32,000 bases of DNA from Horticoccus luteus (GTDB lineage Bacteria; Verrucomicrobiota; Verrucomicrobiia; Opitutales; Opitutaceae), in assembly GCF_019464535.1 (NCBI RefSeq), contig NZ_CP080507.1, positions 2,880,001 to 2,912,000 on the forward strand, given 5' to 3'. Numbering within the stretch: position 1 is the first letter of the stretch; each line of letters begins with the position of its first letter. The notes beneath the pieces were generated by a model that worked only from the letters and a program-made list of their open reading frames with translations, did not search any database and was not told where the DNA came from. The translations under genes were made by a program, and so were the position numbers. Below, one piece after another: positions 9,663 to 18,194 of the stretch.

Positions 9663-9755
9663 GGGATGCGCACACTGCCACAGCGCCCCTCCCGGAGGAA
9701 ACGGAAAAACAACGCCCCAGCGCCCCGGCCATCGAATCCCCGCCCCTCGCCCCCT

Positions 9756-9785
9756 CGTAATCGTAATCTTAATCTTAATCTTAAT
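9756..9785. repeat. Hexanucleotide microsatellite (CGTAAT)2(CTTAAT)3
   Basis: Read directly: five tandem 6-nt units at 9756-9785 followed by a partial CGT. It forms an AT-rich patch in the 341-nt divergent intergenic region between pdxJ and the 10004 gene. Confidence 0.9.
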
Positions 9786-10003
9786 CGTTCTCCTGGTCGC
9801 TCAGCCCCTCTCGCGCCGAACCGTTCCTCTCGCCGCCCGCCCGCGCCAGTCCGCCCGGGGAGAATCATCCGACGGGGAAAGAGCACGCGCACGATCACGA
9901 TGAGGATCACCGTTCGTCCCGCCCGCCGTCCTCCGTCGTCTGCCCTCCGCCTTCCGCCACCGCGCCCCCTCCCTTTTCTCCTTCCTCCCGCGCCGCCGCT
10001 TCG

Positions 10004-10741
10004 TTGAATGCCGCGGTGCCCACCACGCCCGCCGCGCCTCGCCGCGAAAACCTGCTGCTCAACTTCGTCTGCAATGTCGCGATCCCCGCGATCATTCTCG
10101 CCAAATTCAGCACCGACCGCTGGTTCGGTCCGGCGTGGGGCCTGGTCATCGCGCTCGCGTTTCCCCTCGGCTACGGCGTTTACGATTTCGTCGTCCGCCG
10201 GAAGACCAATTTCATCTCCATCCTCGGCATCGTCAGCGTCCTGCTCAGCGGCGGCCTCGGCTTGCTGAAGCTCGACGGCCGCTGGTTCGCCATCAAAGAC
10301 GCCGCCGTTCCCGCCGTCATCGGTCTCGCGCTGCTCGTCTCCCTGCGCGCCAAGGAGCCACTCGTCAAAGCCCTCCTCTACAACGACACGATCATCGACG
10401 TCCCCCGCGTTTCCGCGGCCCTCGCCGAGCGCCGCCACGAATCCGCCTTTGCCGCCCTCATGCGCCGCTGCACCATGCTCGTCGCCGCCTCTTTCTTCAT
10501 CAGCGCCGCGCTTAACTACTTCCTCGCCCGCTATCTTCTCCGCAGCCCTGGCGGCACGCCCGAGTTCAACGCCGAGCTCGCGAAAATGCACCTCTGGAGC
10601 TGGCCCGTGATCATGCTCCCCTCCATGGCCATGATGTTCGTCGCGCTCTGGCGGCTGCTCCGCGGGCTCAAGCAACTCACCGGCCTCGAAATCGACCAGA
10701 TCTTTCGCGACGAAAAAAAACCCGCCTCCTCGGCGGGTTGA
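10004..10741 (+). CDS. Multi-pass inner-membrane protein (YciB/intracellular-septation-like or VC0807-like; product uncertain)
   Basis: 245 aa with about 5-6 hydrophobic segments and strong GC3 bias. TTG start at 10004. An in-frame GTG at 10016 is also possible. Confidence 0.7.
   Translation: MNAAVPTTPAAPRRENLLLNFVCNVAIPAIILAKFSTDRWFGPAWGLVIALAFPLGYGVYDFVVRRKTNFISILGIVSVLLSGGLGLLKLDGRWFAIKDAAVPAVIGLALLVSLRAKEPLVKALLYNDTIIDVPRVSAALAERRHESAFAALMRRCTMLVAASFFISAALNYFLARYLLRSPGGTPEFNAELAKMHLWSWPVIMLPSMAMMFVALWRLLRGLKQLTGLEIDQIFRDEKKPASSAG
10713..10739 (-). terminator. Rho-independent terminator of gltA
   Basis: The minus-strand RNA reads AACCCGCC-GAGGA-GGCGGGUU followed by U8 (A8 at 10713-20 on the plus strand). 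It lies 34 nt past the gltA stop and inside the last codons of the convergent membrane-protein CDS. Confidence 0.8.
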
Positions 10742-10772
10742 ATTCAACAACGTAAACGCCCGCGCCGCGACC

Positions 10773-12071
10773 TCACGGGCGCTCCGCGATCGGCACGTAG
10801 TTTCGCTCGGTCGCGCCGACGTAAACCTGCCGCGGCCGGTAGATGCGGCCCTTGGGATTCGACGCCACTTCCTTCCAGTTCGCGATGTAGCCCGGCGAAC
10901 GCCCGATCGCGAACATCGTCGTAAACATGTCCATCGGGATCCCGATCGCCCGCATGATGATGCCCGAATAGAAATCCACGTTCGGGTAAAGCTTGCGCGA
11001 GATGAAGTAGTCGTCCTGCAACGCCGCCTGCTCCAGGTTCTTCGCGATGTGCAGCAACGGATCGTCGATGCCCAGCCGCTTCAACACCGTGTCGCACGCC
11101 TCGCCAATGATCTTCGCCCGGGGATCAAAGTTGCGGTAAACGGCATGCCCGAAGCCCATCAGTCGCGTGCTCTTGTTGCCCGACTTCGCCGCCGCGATGA
11201 ACCGCGTGCCATCGTCGCCTTCATCGTGGATCGATTGCAGCATCTGCATCACCGCCACGTTCGCGCCACCGTGCAGCGGACCCGACAGCGCGCAAATCCC
11301 CGCCGACATCGACGCGAACAGATTCGCCGCGCTCGATCCGACCATGCGCACCGTCGACGTCGAGCAATTCTGCTCGTGATCCGCGTGCAGCAGGAGCAGC
11401 AAATTCAACGCCTTCGAAACCTCCGGCAGCCGCTCGTATTCCTGATACGGCTCCGAAAACATCATGTGCAGGAAATTGTCGCAGAACGGCAGATCCTGCT
11501 TCGGAAACACATACGGCAACCCGTGCGTGTAGCGGTAAATCATCGCCACCATCGAGCGCACCTTCGAAATCGCAACCGCCGCCGCGCGATCGAAGTTCTT
11601 GAGATCTTTTTCGAAGTCGTTGGTCGCCAGATCCGGATAATACGCCGGCAGCGCACTCACCATCGCCGACAACATGGCCATCGGCGACGCACTGGTCGGA
11701 AACCCTTCCAGAATCTTCTGCATCTGCGTCTCGATCGCCGCGTGCTTGCGCAGCCGCAGCCCGAATTCCTTTCGTTTCGCGACATTCGGCAGCTCACCGT
11801 AAATGATCAGATACGCCGTCTCGACGAAATCGCTGTGCGTCGCCAGTTGCTCGATCGGATAACCCCGATGCCGCAGCACGCCATGCTCGCCATCCAGATA
11901 CGTGATCTCGCTCTCGCACGACCCCGTGTTGCCATACCCTTGATCGTAGGCCACGTAGCCGCTCGACGCCCGCAAACGCCGCGTGTCGATCGCCTTCTCT
12001 CCCTCCGTGCCCACGATGATGGGCAGAGAATAATCCTTGTCGTCGAGATGAAGCGTCGCGGTGTCGGCCAT
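10773..12071 (-). CDS. gltA: Citrate synthase (type II, hexameric class)
   Basis: 432 aa. Typical GltA motifs: [38 protein letters not shown]. Confidence 0.95.
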   Translation of the reverse strand: MADTATLHLDDKDYSLPIIVGTEGEKAIDTRRLRASSGYVAYDQGYGNTGSCESEITYLDGEHGVLRHRGYPIEQLATHSDFVETAYLIIYGELPNVAKRKEFGLRLRKHAAIETQMQKILEGFPTSASPMAMLSAMVSALPAYYPDLATNDFEKDLKNFDRAAAVAISKVRSMVAMIYRYTHGLPYVFPKQDLPFCDNFLHMMFSEPYQEYERLPEVSKALNLLLLLHADHEQNCSTSTVRMVGSSAANLFASMSAGICALSGPLHGGANVAVMQMLQSIHDEGDDGTRFIAAAKSGNKSTRLMGFGHAVYRNFDPRAKIIGEACDTVLKRLGIDDPLLHIAKNLEQAALQDDYFISRKLYPNVDFYSGIIMRAIGIPMDMFTTMFAIGRSPGYIANWKEVASNPKGRIYRPRQVYVGATERNYVPIAERP

Positions 12072-12176
12072 AACTGTTGACCCAAGCTAAAACTGCGCCG
12101 CTTGCAAAGAAAAGTTCACGCACCAACGCCCTTGGCCGCATTTGTTAACCTCGCTTCACGGTCCCTGCACGCTCCC

Positions 12177-13136
12177 TCATGCACCGACACTCCACGGCAG
12201 ATGGTCCAAATCGACATTTCCGCCCGTGAGGATGAGGCCCACGCGCGGTCCGCCTCCGCTCCAACGGCGTCCCCGCACCGCCGCGAAAGCCACCGCGCTG
12301 CTCGGTTCCACGATCACCCGCAACGCTTCCCACAACCGCCGCATCGCCGCGACGATCTCCTCTTCGCTCACCGTCACGATGTCGTCCACGTGCGCCTGAA
12401 TCAGCGGAAAATCCAATTCACCCAACGCACTCCTCAACCCATCGGCCACCGTGTTCGCCGTCGTCTGCACGATGCGTCCCGCCCGCAACGACTGGCTCGC
12501 GTCATCCGCCTGCGCCGGCTCGGCACCCCAGACCTGCGTCCCCGCTTGCACCGCCTTCACCGCCACCGCCGTTCCACTGAGTAACCCGCCTCCGCCCACC
12601 GGCACCACGACCACCTCGAGCCCCGGCGCCTGCTCCAGCAGCTCCACCGCCGCCGTGCCCTGCCCCGCGATCACGCGCAGATCATTGTAAGGATGAACCA
12701 GCGTCGCGCCCGTCTCCGCCTGCACCCGCGCACACGTCGCTTCGCGCGCCGCCAGCGTCGGTTCGCAAAACACCACTCGCGCTCCGTATGCCGCCACCGC
12801 CCGCTGCTTCGGCTGCGCCGCGTTGGAGGGCATGACCACATGCGCCGCGATGCCCCGCGCCCGCGCCGCCCACGCGAGCGCCGCCCCATGGTTGCCCGAT
12901 GAATGCGTCACCACGCCCCGCGCCGCCGCTTCGTCCGACAACGAAAACACCGCGTTGCATGCCCCGCGCGCCTTGAACGCCCCCACGTGCTGCAAATTCT
13001 CGCACTTGAAATACAGCCGCGCCCCCACCTCCTCGTCGAGCCACGCACTTGTCAGCACCGGAGTGCGGTGCACCCGACTCGCGATCCGCGCGTGCGCCGC
13101 CCGAATGTCCTCCAGCGTCACGCTGTCCGTTTTCAT
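12177..13136 (-). CDS. Fold-type II PLP enzyme, serine/threonine dehydratase or serine-racemase-like
   Basis: 319 aa from the internal ATG at 13136. PLP-lysine motif FKCENLQHVGAFKARGA and the glycine loop VPVGGGGLLSG. The upstream part of the 593-aa ORF is antisense to the M20 gene. Confidence 0.85.
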   Translation of the reverse strand: MKTDSVTLEDIRAAHARIASRVHRTPVLTSAWLDEEVGARLYFKCENLQHVGAFKARGACNAVFSLSDEAAARGVVTHSSGNHGAALAWAARARGIAAHVVMPSNAAQPKQRAVAAYGARVVFCEPTLAAREATCARVQAETGATLVHPYNDLRVIAGQGTAAVELLEQAPGLEVVVVPVGGGGLLSGTAVAVKAVQAGTQVWGAEPAQADDASQSLRAGRIVQTTANTVADGLRSALGELDFPLIQAHVDDIVTVSEEEIVAAMRRLWEALRVIVEPSSAVAFAAVRGRRWSGGGPRVGLILTGGNVDLDHLPWSVGA

Positions 13137-13141
13137 CGCGC

Positions 13142-14323
13142 TCAAGGCTGCCGCATCAGCTCGAGATAAACCGCCGTCGCCAGCGCCAGTTGATCGCGCG
13201 CAATCCACTCGTTCGCCCGGTGCGCCTGCGCGAGGTCGCCCGGCCCCAGCACCAAGCTCGCCGCTCCCGCCGCCGCGTAGTGCCCCGCATCCGTCACATA
13301 CGGCGCGCCTCTTGGCGTGGCATCGCCCCCGTGACGCTCGATCGCCCGCGCCACCCACGCGTGCAACGCCCCGCTCTGTTCCGCGTCCATCGCCGGCGCC
13401 ACGTAAAGCTCGTCGTGCTCCACCGCGTGCCCCGCAAACGCCGCCTCGCGCTCGCGCAACACCTGCTCCGTCGTCTCCCCCGGCACCGTGCGCCGGTCGC
13501 ATTCGATCGCACACTCCTCCGCGATGATGTTCACCGCGGTCCCGCCGCGAATCGTGTTCACGCTCGCCGCCGCCCGGCCGGTCAACGCATTCACCGCGTT
13601 CACTGTTGGCGCGTAGTTCTCCTCGAAATCCGTCAACGCCCGCCGCATCGCCGAGATCGCCGAACGCCCTTTCGTCGGGTCCGACGAATGCGCCGCCACG
13701 CCCCGCGTCCGCGTGCGCCAGCGCACCACGCCATTGTGCGTCACGATCGGCTGCATCCGGGTCGGCTCGCCCACGATCACCCCGCGCAACCGCGGCAAAA
13801 ACTCCCGCAACGCCCCCGCCGCAAAACCCCGCGCCCCCGTCATCCGCGCCTCCTCGTCCACCGCGAACAGCACGCCGACGTTGCGCCGCCGTTCCCCTCC
13901 CGCCGCGCGGTCGCGCAACGCCCACAACATCGCCGCTCCCGAGCCTTTCGTGTCGCACGTTCCGCGCCCGTAAATCCGCTCACCGTCCACCTTCGCCGCG
14001 AACGGCTCCACGGTCATGCCGTCGACGGTCACCGTGTCCAAATGGCTCTCGAACAACAACCACTCCGCGTCGCCCGCCACCTCGCACGAGACGAGCAGAT
14101 TAAACCGTCCGTCATCGACCGGCAGACGCCGCGTGCGCAAACCCCACCCCGTTGCGAGCCACTCCAGATGCGCCGCCAGCGCCGCCTCGCCGCCCGCCGG
14201 TCCGCCCATCAGCGGATTCACCGTCTCGAAACCCACCATGCGCCCCAGCAATTCCTCCGCGCTCGCCGGCGCCCCCGCCGCGGCCGCGGTCTCCACCGTG
14301 AAGGATTTTCTACGGTTGTTCAT
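13142..14323 (-). CDS. M20 family metallohydrolase (ArgE/DapE-type deacylase)
   Basis: About 393 aa. Motifs ESHLDTV, GRGTCDTKG, AVDEE. ATG at 14323, with an alternative GTG at 14326. It begins 4-7 nt after the upstream CDS. Confidence 0.85.
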   Translation of the reverse strand: MNNRRKSFTVETAAAAGAPASAEELLGRMVGFETVNPLMGGPAGGEAALAAHLEWLATGWGLRTRRLPVDDGRFNLLVSCEVAGDAEWLLFESHLDTVTVDGMTVEPFAAKVDGERIYGRGTCDTKGSGAAMLWALRDRAAGGERRRNVGVLFAVDEEARMTGARGFAAGALREFLPRLRGVIVGEPTRMQPIVTHNGVVRWRTRTRGVAAHSSDPTKGRSAISAMRRALTDFEENYAPTVNAVNALTGRAAASVNTIRGGTAVNIIAEECAIECDRRTVPGETTEQVLREREAAFAGHAVEHDELYVAPAMDAEQSGALHAWVARAIERHGGDATPRGAPYVTDAGHYAAAGAASLVLGPGDLAQAHRANEWIARDQLALATAVYLELMRQP

Positions 14324-14330
14324 CACGCCC

Positions 14331-15377
14331 TCAGCTCAGCCAACGCTCCCGATTCGCCGCCACAAACGCATCGTCCACCAACTCCGGATACGCCTGCGCC
14401 ACGCGCGTCAACTCCTCCGCCTGGCCCGGCGACAACACCTCGTGCGGATTCAAACAGTGGACCGACGGCACCAGCCCCTGCCGGCGCAACACCTCCAAAA
14501 TCCCCGGGATGCAGCCGCGAAATCCATTCGCCGCGTCGAACAACGCCGCGTTCATGTCCGTCACCGCGATCGCTCGCGTCAGCCATGTCGCGTCCAACGC
14601 CCCGCTCATCCGCGCCACCTTGATCTCCTCCAGCAACTCTACCGCGCGCTTCGTCCACACGCCCCAGTGCCCCAGCAATCCACCCGCGATGCGCCGCGTC
14701 ACACGACGCCCTCCCGCCTCGAACGAAAACGGCGTCAGCAGATCGACCACGATGCTGTCGTCGTTGCCCGTGTAGAGCACCACATCGTCGCGGCCGCTCT
14801 CCACGATCGCCCGCACCACATCGATGGTTTGGTAACGATTAAACGGCGCGATCTTGATCGCGATCACGTTCCGAATCTCCGCGAACCGCCGCCAAAACGA
14901 ATACCCCAACAGCCGCCCGCCCGCCGCCGGTTGCAGATAGAACCCGATCACCGGCAGCACCTCCGCCACCCGCGCGCAGTGCGCGATCATCGCATCTTCC
15001 GTGTCGTTCTTGAACGCCGACAAACTCAGCAGGCCCGCCTGATAACCGAGCGACCGCGCCAGCTCCGCCTCTCCCACCGCCTGCGCCGTGCGACCGCACA
15101 CCCCCGCGATCTTGATGAACGCCCGCGGCGCTCGCGCCAGTTCCTCATCGATCGTCCGCGCCGCCAGCTCCAGCACCGGCTTGAACAACCCGTGCTGCGG
15201 TTCGCGAATCTCGAACTGCGTCGAATGCACGCCGACCGCCAGCCCGCCCACTCCGGCCGCCACATAGTAACGCGTGATCGCGCGCTGATGCCGCGCCGAA
15301 AACCGCCGGTCCGCGTCCAGCGCGAGCGGCTGCGCCGGGATCACCTGGCCCGCTTGAAGATGAGAACGTAGGTCCAT
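14331..15377 (-). CDS. Divergent DHDPS/NanA-family (class I aldolase/lyase-like) protein
   Basis: 348 aa with DHDPS-like architecture. VHSTQFE replaces the canonical GTTGE, and AIKIAPF holds a candidate Schiff-base lysine. Confidence 0.8.
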   Translation of the reverse strand: MDLRSHLQAGQVIPAQPLALDADRRFSARHQRAITRYYVAAGVGGLAVGVHSTQFEIREPQHGLFKPVLELAARTIDEELARAPRAFIKIAGVCGRTAQAVGEAELARSLGYQAGLLSLSAFKNDTEDAMIAHCARVAEVLPVIGFYLQPAAGGRLLGYSFWRRFAEIRNVIAIKIAPFNRYQTIDVVRAIVESGRDDVVLYTGNDDSIVVDLLTPFSFEAGGRRVTRRIAGGLLGHWGVWTKRAVELLEEIKVARMSGALDATWLTRAIAVTDMNAALFDAANGFRGCIPGILEVLRRQGLVPSVHCLNPHEVLSPGQAEELTRVAQAYPELVDDAFVAANRERWLS

Positions 15378-15443
15378 GTCGAAAAAGAAAGGTTTGCTCG
15401 TTGACGCTGAAGTTTGCCCACCAGACGCCGCGTCCCGCCGCCG

Positions 15444-16472
15444 TCAGAATTTTCCGTCGCGCGCCTCGAAATGCGTCGGCTTGCCGAGCAAGTGACCGCC
15501 GCTGCGCAAATGGTCCGCCACCAAGGCGATCATGTCCTCGAGCGACTTCGTCACCGGCCCAAACAACCGCATCGATTCGTCCGCGTTCGCCAGCCACGCC
15601 GTCGTCGCCGGCGTGCCCGTCATCACGGGTTTGCGTCCCACCAGCGCGCCAAACCGCTCCGCCACTTCGCGAATCGTCACTTCCCGCGGCCCCGTCACGT
15701 TCAGCAGTTTCGGCGGCGACGCCACGTGTTCCAGGCACTGGATCGCCCGCGCGCACGCATCCCCCTGCCAGATCAAATTGAACGCGTTCATCGTCTCATC
15801 GATCGGCTCGCCGCTGAGCACGCGCTGCGCGATGTCCGCCAGCACGCCGTAGCGCAGCTCCACCGCATAATTCAACCGGTAGATCAGCTCCGGCGTCCCA
15901 AATTTCCGCGCGTAATGCGTGAACACCCGCTCGCGCCCCACACACGTGCTGGCATACTCGCCGAGCAGCGCCACCGGCGTCGCCTCCGTCGCCCCGCCGC
16001 TGCCCACCGGCACGAACGGATACACGCAACCCGTCGAAAAAATCACCATGCGCGCCGTGCGAAATCGCCGCGCCACGTGCGACGGCACGATCGTGTTTTG
16101 AATCCACGTTTCATCCGGCGCGCTGTCGGTCCCGAATTTCTGCCCCGCGAGATATTCGATGTTCGCCGCGTCCGGCAGTTTCATCACCGCCTCGTAATCC
16201 GCCAAGTCGCACGCCACGGGCACCACGCCAAACTCCTCCAACGCGCGCTTTCCCTCCGGCCGGCTGAACCGCGACACACCCAGCACCCGCGTGTTCTTCC
16301 TGCCCGCCGCATCGAGCGCCCGCCGCAGCATCACCGCGAGCGTCGTTCCCATTTTGCCCCCCACGCCCAGCACCATGAAATCGCCGTCCAACGCCCGCGC
16401 CGCCGCCACCGCTCCCGCCGTCGGTTCGGATAACAGCCACTCGATTTCGCGGTCCGTGCGCGCAACAGTCAT
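15444..16472 (-). CDS. NAD-dependent epimerase/dehydratase (extended SDR) family protein
   Basis: Rossmann motif VLGVGGKMG near the N-terminus. ATG at 16472. The ORF track's longer start at 16511 is a GTG. Confidence 0.8.
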   Translation of the reverse strand: MTVARTDREIEWLLSEPTAGAVAAARALDGDFMVLGVGGKMGTTLAVMLRRALDAAGRKNTRVLGVSRFSRPEGKRALEEFGVVPVACDLADYEAVMKLPDAANIEYLAGQKFGTDSAPDETWIQNTIVPSHVARRFRTARMVIFSTGCVYPFVPVGSGGATEATPVALLGEYASTCVGRERVFTHYARKFGTPELIYRLNYAVELRYGVLADIAQRVLSGEPIDETMNAFNLIWQGDACARAIQCLEHVASPPKLLNVTGPREVTIREVAERFGALVGRKPVMTGTPATTAWLANADESMRLFGPVTKSLEDMIALVADHLRSGGHLLGKPTHFEARDGKF

Positions 16473-16561
16473 AGGGGCGCGCACTGTGGCTGCGCCAATC
16501 CGCCTTGTCACTCCGTTTCCCGCCGCCAGTCTGCCTTCGCCTGCGTCCTCCCCTCGTTCCC
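16473..16561. promoter_or_regulatory. Divergent control region of the seven-enzyme cluster
   Basis: An 89-nt gap between divergently oriented CDS starts. It contains a short inverted repeat GCGCA-N7-TGCGC. No promoter consensus is identified. Confidence 0.3.
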
Positions 16562-17332
16562 ATGCGCGCCATCGACATCCATACGCACCCCGTCTTTTTC
16601 CGCTCCGGCTATTCCGCCGCCGAAGCCGACCGCCTCGCCGCCGGCGCCTCCGCCCTCGGCGTCCGTCACATGATCTGCCTCGGCGATGTCCTCGTCTACG
16701 GCCCGCGCCCGAACGAAAAGCAAGTCCGCACCATCAACGACCAGACCGCCCAATTGCTCCGCTGGCGCCCCGACTACTTCACCGGGTTTTGCGGGCTCAA
16801 TCCCGTCCTCGGCGAACGCGCCGTCCAGCGCGAAGTCGAACGCTGCGCCGCGCTCGGCTTCAAAGGCATCAAACTCGAAATCTCCAACAACGCCCGCGAA
16901 GCCTGCATGAAACCCGTCATGCACGCCGCCGCCCGCTTCGGGCTCCCCGTCCTCCAACATACCTGGAGCATGACGCATATCCGCCAGCGCCACATGCACT
17001 CCGACCCCGAGGACACCGCCCTCCTCGCCCGCCGCTTTCCCAACGTCCGGATCATTATGGCGCATCTTACCGGCTGCGGTTACCGCGGCATTCTCGAAGC
17101 CAAGGGCATCGACAATCTCGTCGTCGACACGTCCGGCGGCTACCCCGAAGCCGGCCTCCTCGACTTCGCCCTCGAACACCTCGGCGCCGACCACATCGTT
17201 TACGGCTCCGATCTCCCGATTCGCGAAACCTCCGTCACGCTCAACCGCATTCTCGGCACGAAGATGAGCACCACCGAGCGCGAGAAAATCCTCTACGGCA
17301 ACACCGCCCGCCTTCTGCAACTCGCCCCCTGA
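16562..17332 (+). CDS. Amidohydrolase_2 (PF04909-type) metal-dependent hydrolase
   Basis: 256 aa from the ATG at 16562. N-terminal HxH motif IDIHTHP and a TIM-barrel hydrolase pattern (AHLTG, GSDLP). Confidence 0.8.
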   Translation: MRAIDIHTHPVFFRSGYSAAEADRLAAGASALGVRHMICLGDVLVYGPRPNEKQVRTINDQTAQLLRWRPDYFTGFCGLNPVLGERAVQREVERCAALGFKGIKLEISNNAREACMKPVMHAAARFGLPVLQHTWSMTHIRQRHMHSDPEDTALLARRFPNVRIIMAHLTGCGYRGILEAKGIDNLVVDTSGGYPEAGLLDFALEHLGADHIVYGSDLPIRETSVTLNRILGTKMSTTEREKILYGNTARLLQLAP

Positions 17333-17362
17333 TTTCCTCCTCCCGCCTGCTCCGTTCCCCGC

Positions 17363-18121
17363 ATGAGCCTCATCGATACCAACGTCCACCTTGGCCCCTG
17401 GCCCTTTTCCTTTCTGCCGGAATTCAATGCGCCGCAACTCGCCGCGCACCTCGCCGCCGAAGGGATCGATCGCGCCCTCGTCTCGCCTCTCCCCGCCGCA
17501 CTCGCGCCCGACCCTCTCCCCGCCAATCGCACACTCTTCGCCGCCGTCCGGCGCACGCCCACGCTCCTGCCGCTGCCCGTCGTCAACCCCGCCCTTGCGC
17601 ACTGGCGCGAACAACTCGACGCCACCGCCACCGGCCCTCTCCGCGCCATCAAACTTCTCCCTCCGTATCACAACTACCGCCCCGAAGCCCCGCGCTTCGC
17701 GGCGTTCTTCGCCGAGGTCGCCGCCCGCCACCTCAAAGTCGTCGTCGAAACCCGCCTCGAGGATGACCGCCACCGCTATCACGGCCTCAGCGTGAAGGCC
17801 CTCACCGCGAAGCAGCTCGCGCCTTTTCTCCAACGTTACCCTGACCTGCGGCCCCTCGTCCTCGGCCTCGGCCTCCCTGAACTTCGCGAACTCGCTCAAC
17901 AAAAACTCACGGCCTTCTCCTTCGACACGGCATTCGTCGAATGGACCGATTCCATCGCCACGCTCGCCAAGGAATTCTCCACCGACCGCGTGATGTTCGG
18001 CTCGCACGCTCCATTCCTCGTCGCCCGCGCCAGCCTCGCCAAGCTCACCACCGCGCAACTCCCCGCCGCCGTTCGCCGGGCCTTCTCGTCTCGCAACGCC
18101 GAAAAATTCTTCGGCCTCTGA
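17363..18121 (+). CDS. Amidohydrolase_2-like protein with a degenerate N-terminal metal motif
   Basis: 252 aa. IDTNVHLG sits where HxH is expected, with the first His replaced by Asn. C-terminal FGSHAPF and a family-like ending (NAEKFFGL). Confidence 0.7.
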   Translation: MSLIDTNVHLGPWPFSFLPEFNAPQLAAHLAAEGIDRALVSPLPAALAPDPLPANRTLFAAVRRTPTLLPLPVVNPALAHWREQLDATATGPLRAIKLLPPYHNYRPEAPRFAAFFAEVAARHLKVVVETRLEDDRHRYHGLSVKALTAKQLAPFLQRYPDLRPLVLGLGLPELRELAQQKLTAFSFDTAFVEWTDSIATLAKEFSTDRVMFGSHAPFLVARASLAKLTTAQLPAAVRRAFSSRNAEKFFGL

Positions 18122-18194
18122 CGCGCTTCTCCACACCCGCGCGGCGAACGCCCACCGCTGCTCATCGCTCACTCCATCGCCTTCGCCTGCCGCC

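Noticed and set aside
9666-10007. 113-aa plus-strand ORF spanning the hexamer repeat (translates NRNLNLNLN)
   Set aside because: The product would be low-complexity and Pro/Arg-rich. The periodic peptide is simply the microsatellite read in frame. This is most likely intergenic.
13049-15371. Two long plus-strand ORFs (13049-14623 and 14016-15371)
   Set aside because: The translations are extremely Arg/Pro/His-rich and antisense to the M20 and DHDPS-like genes. These are shadow ORFs.
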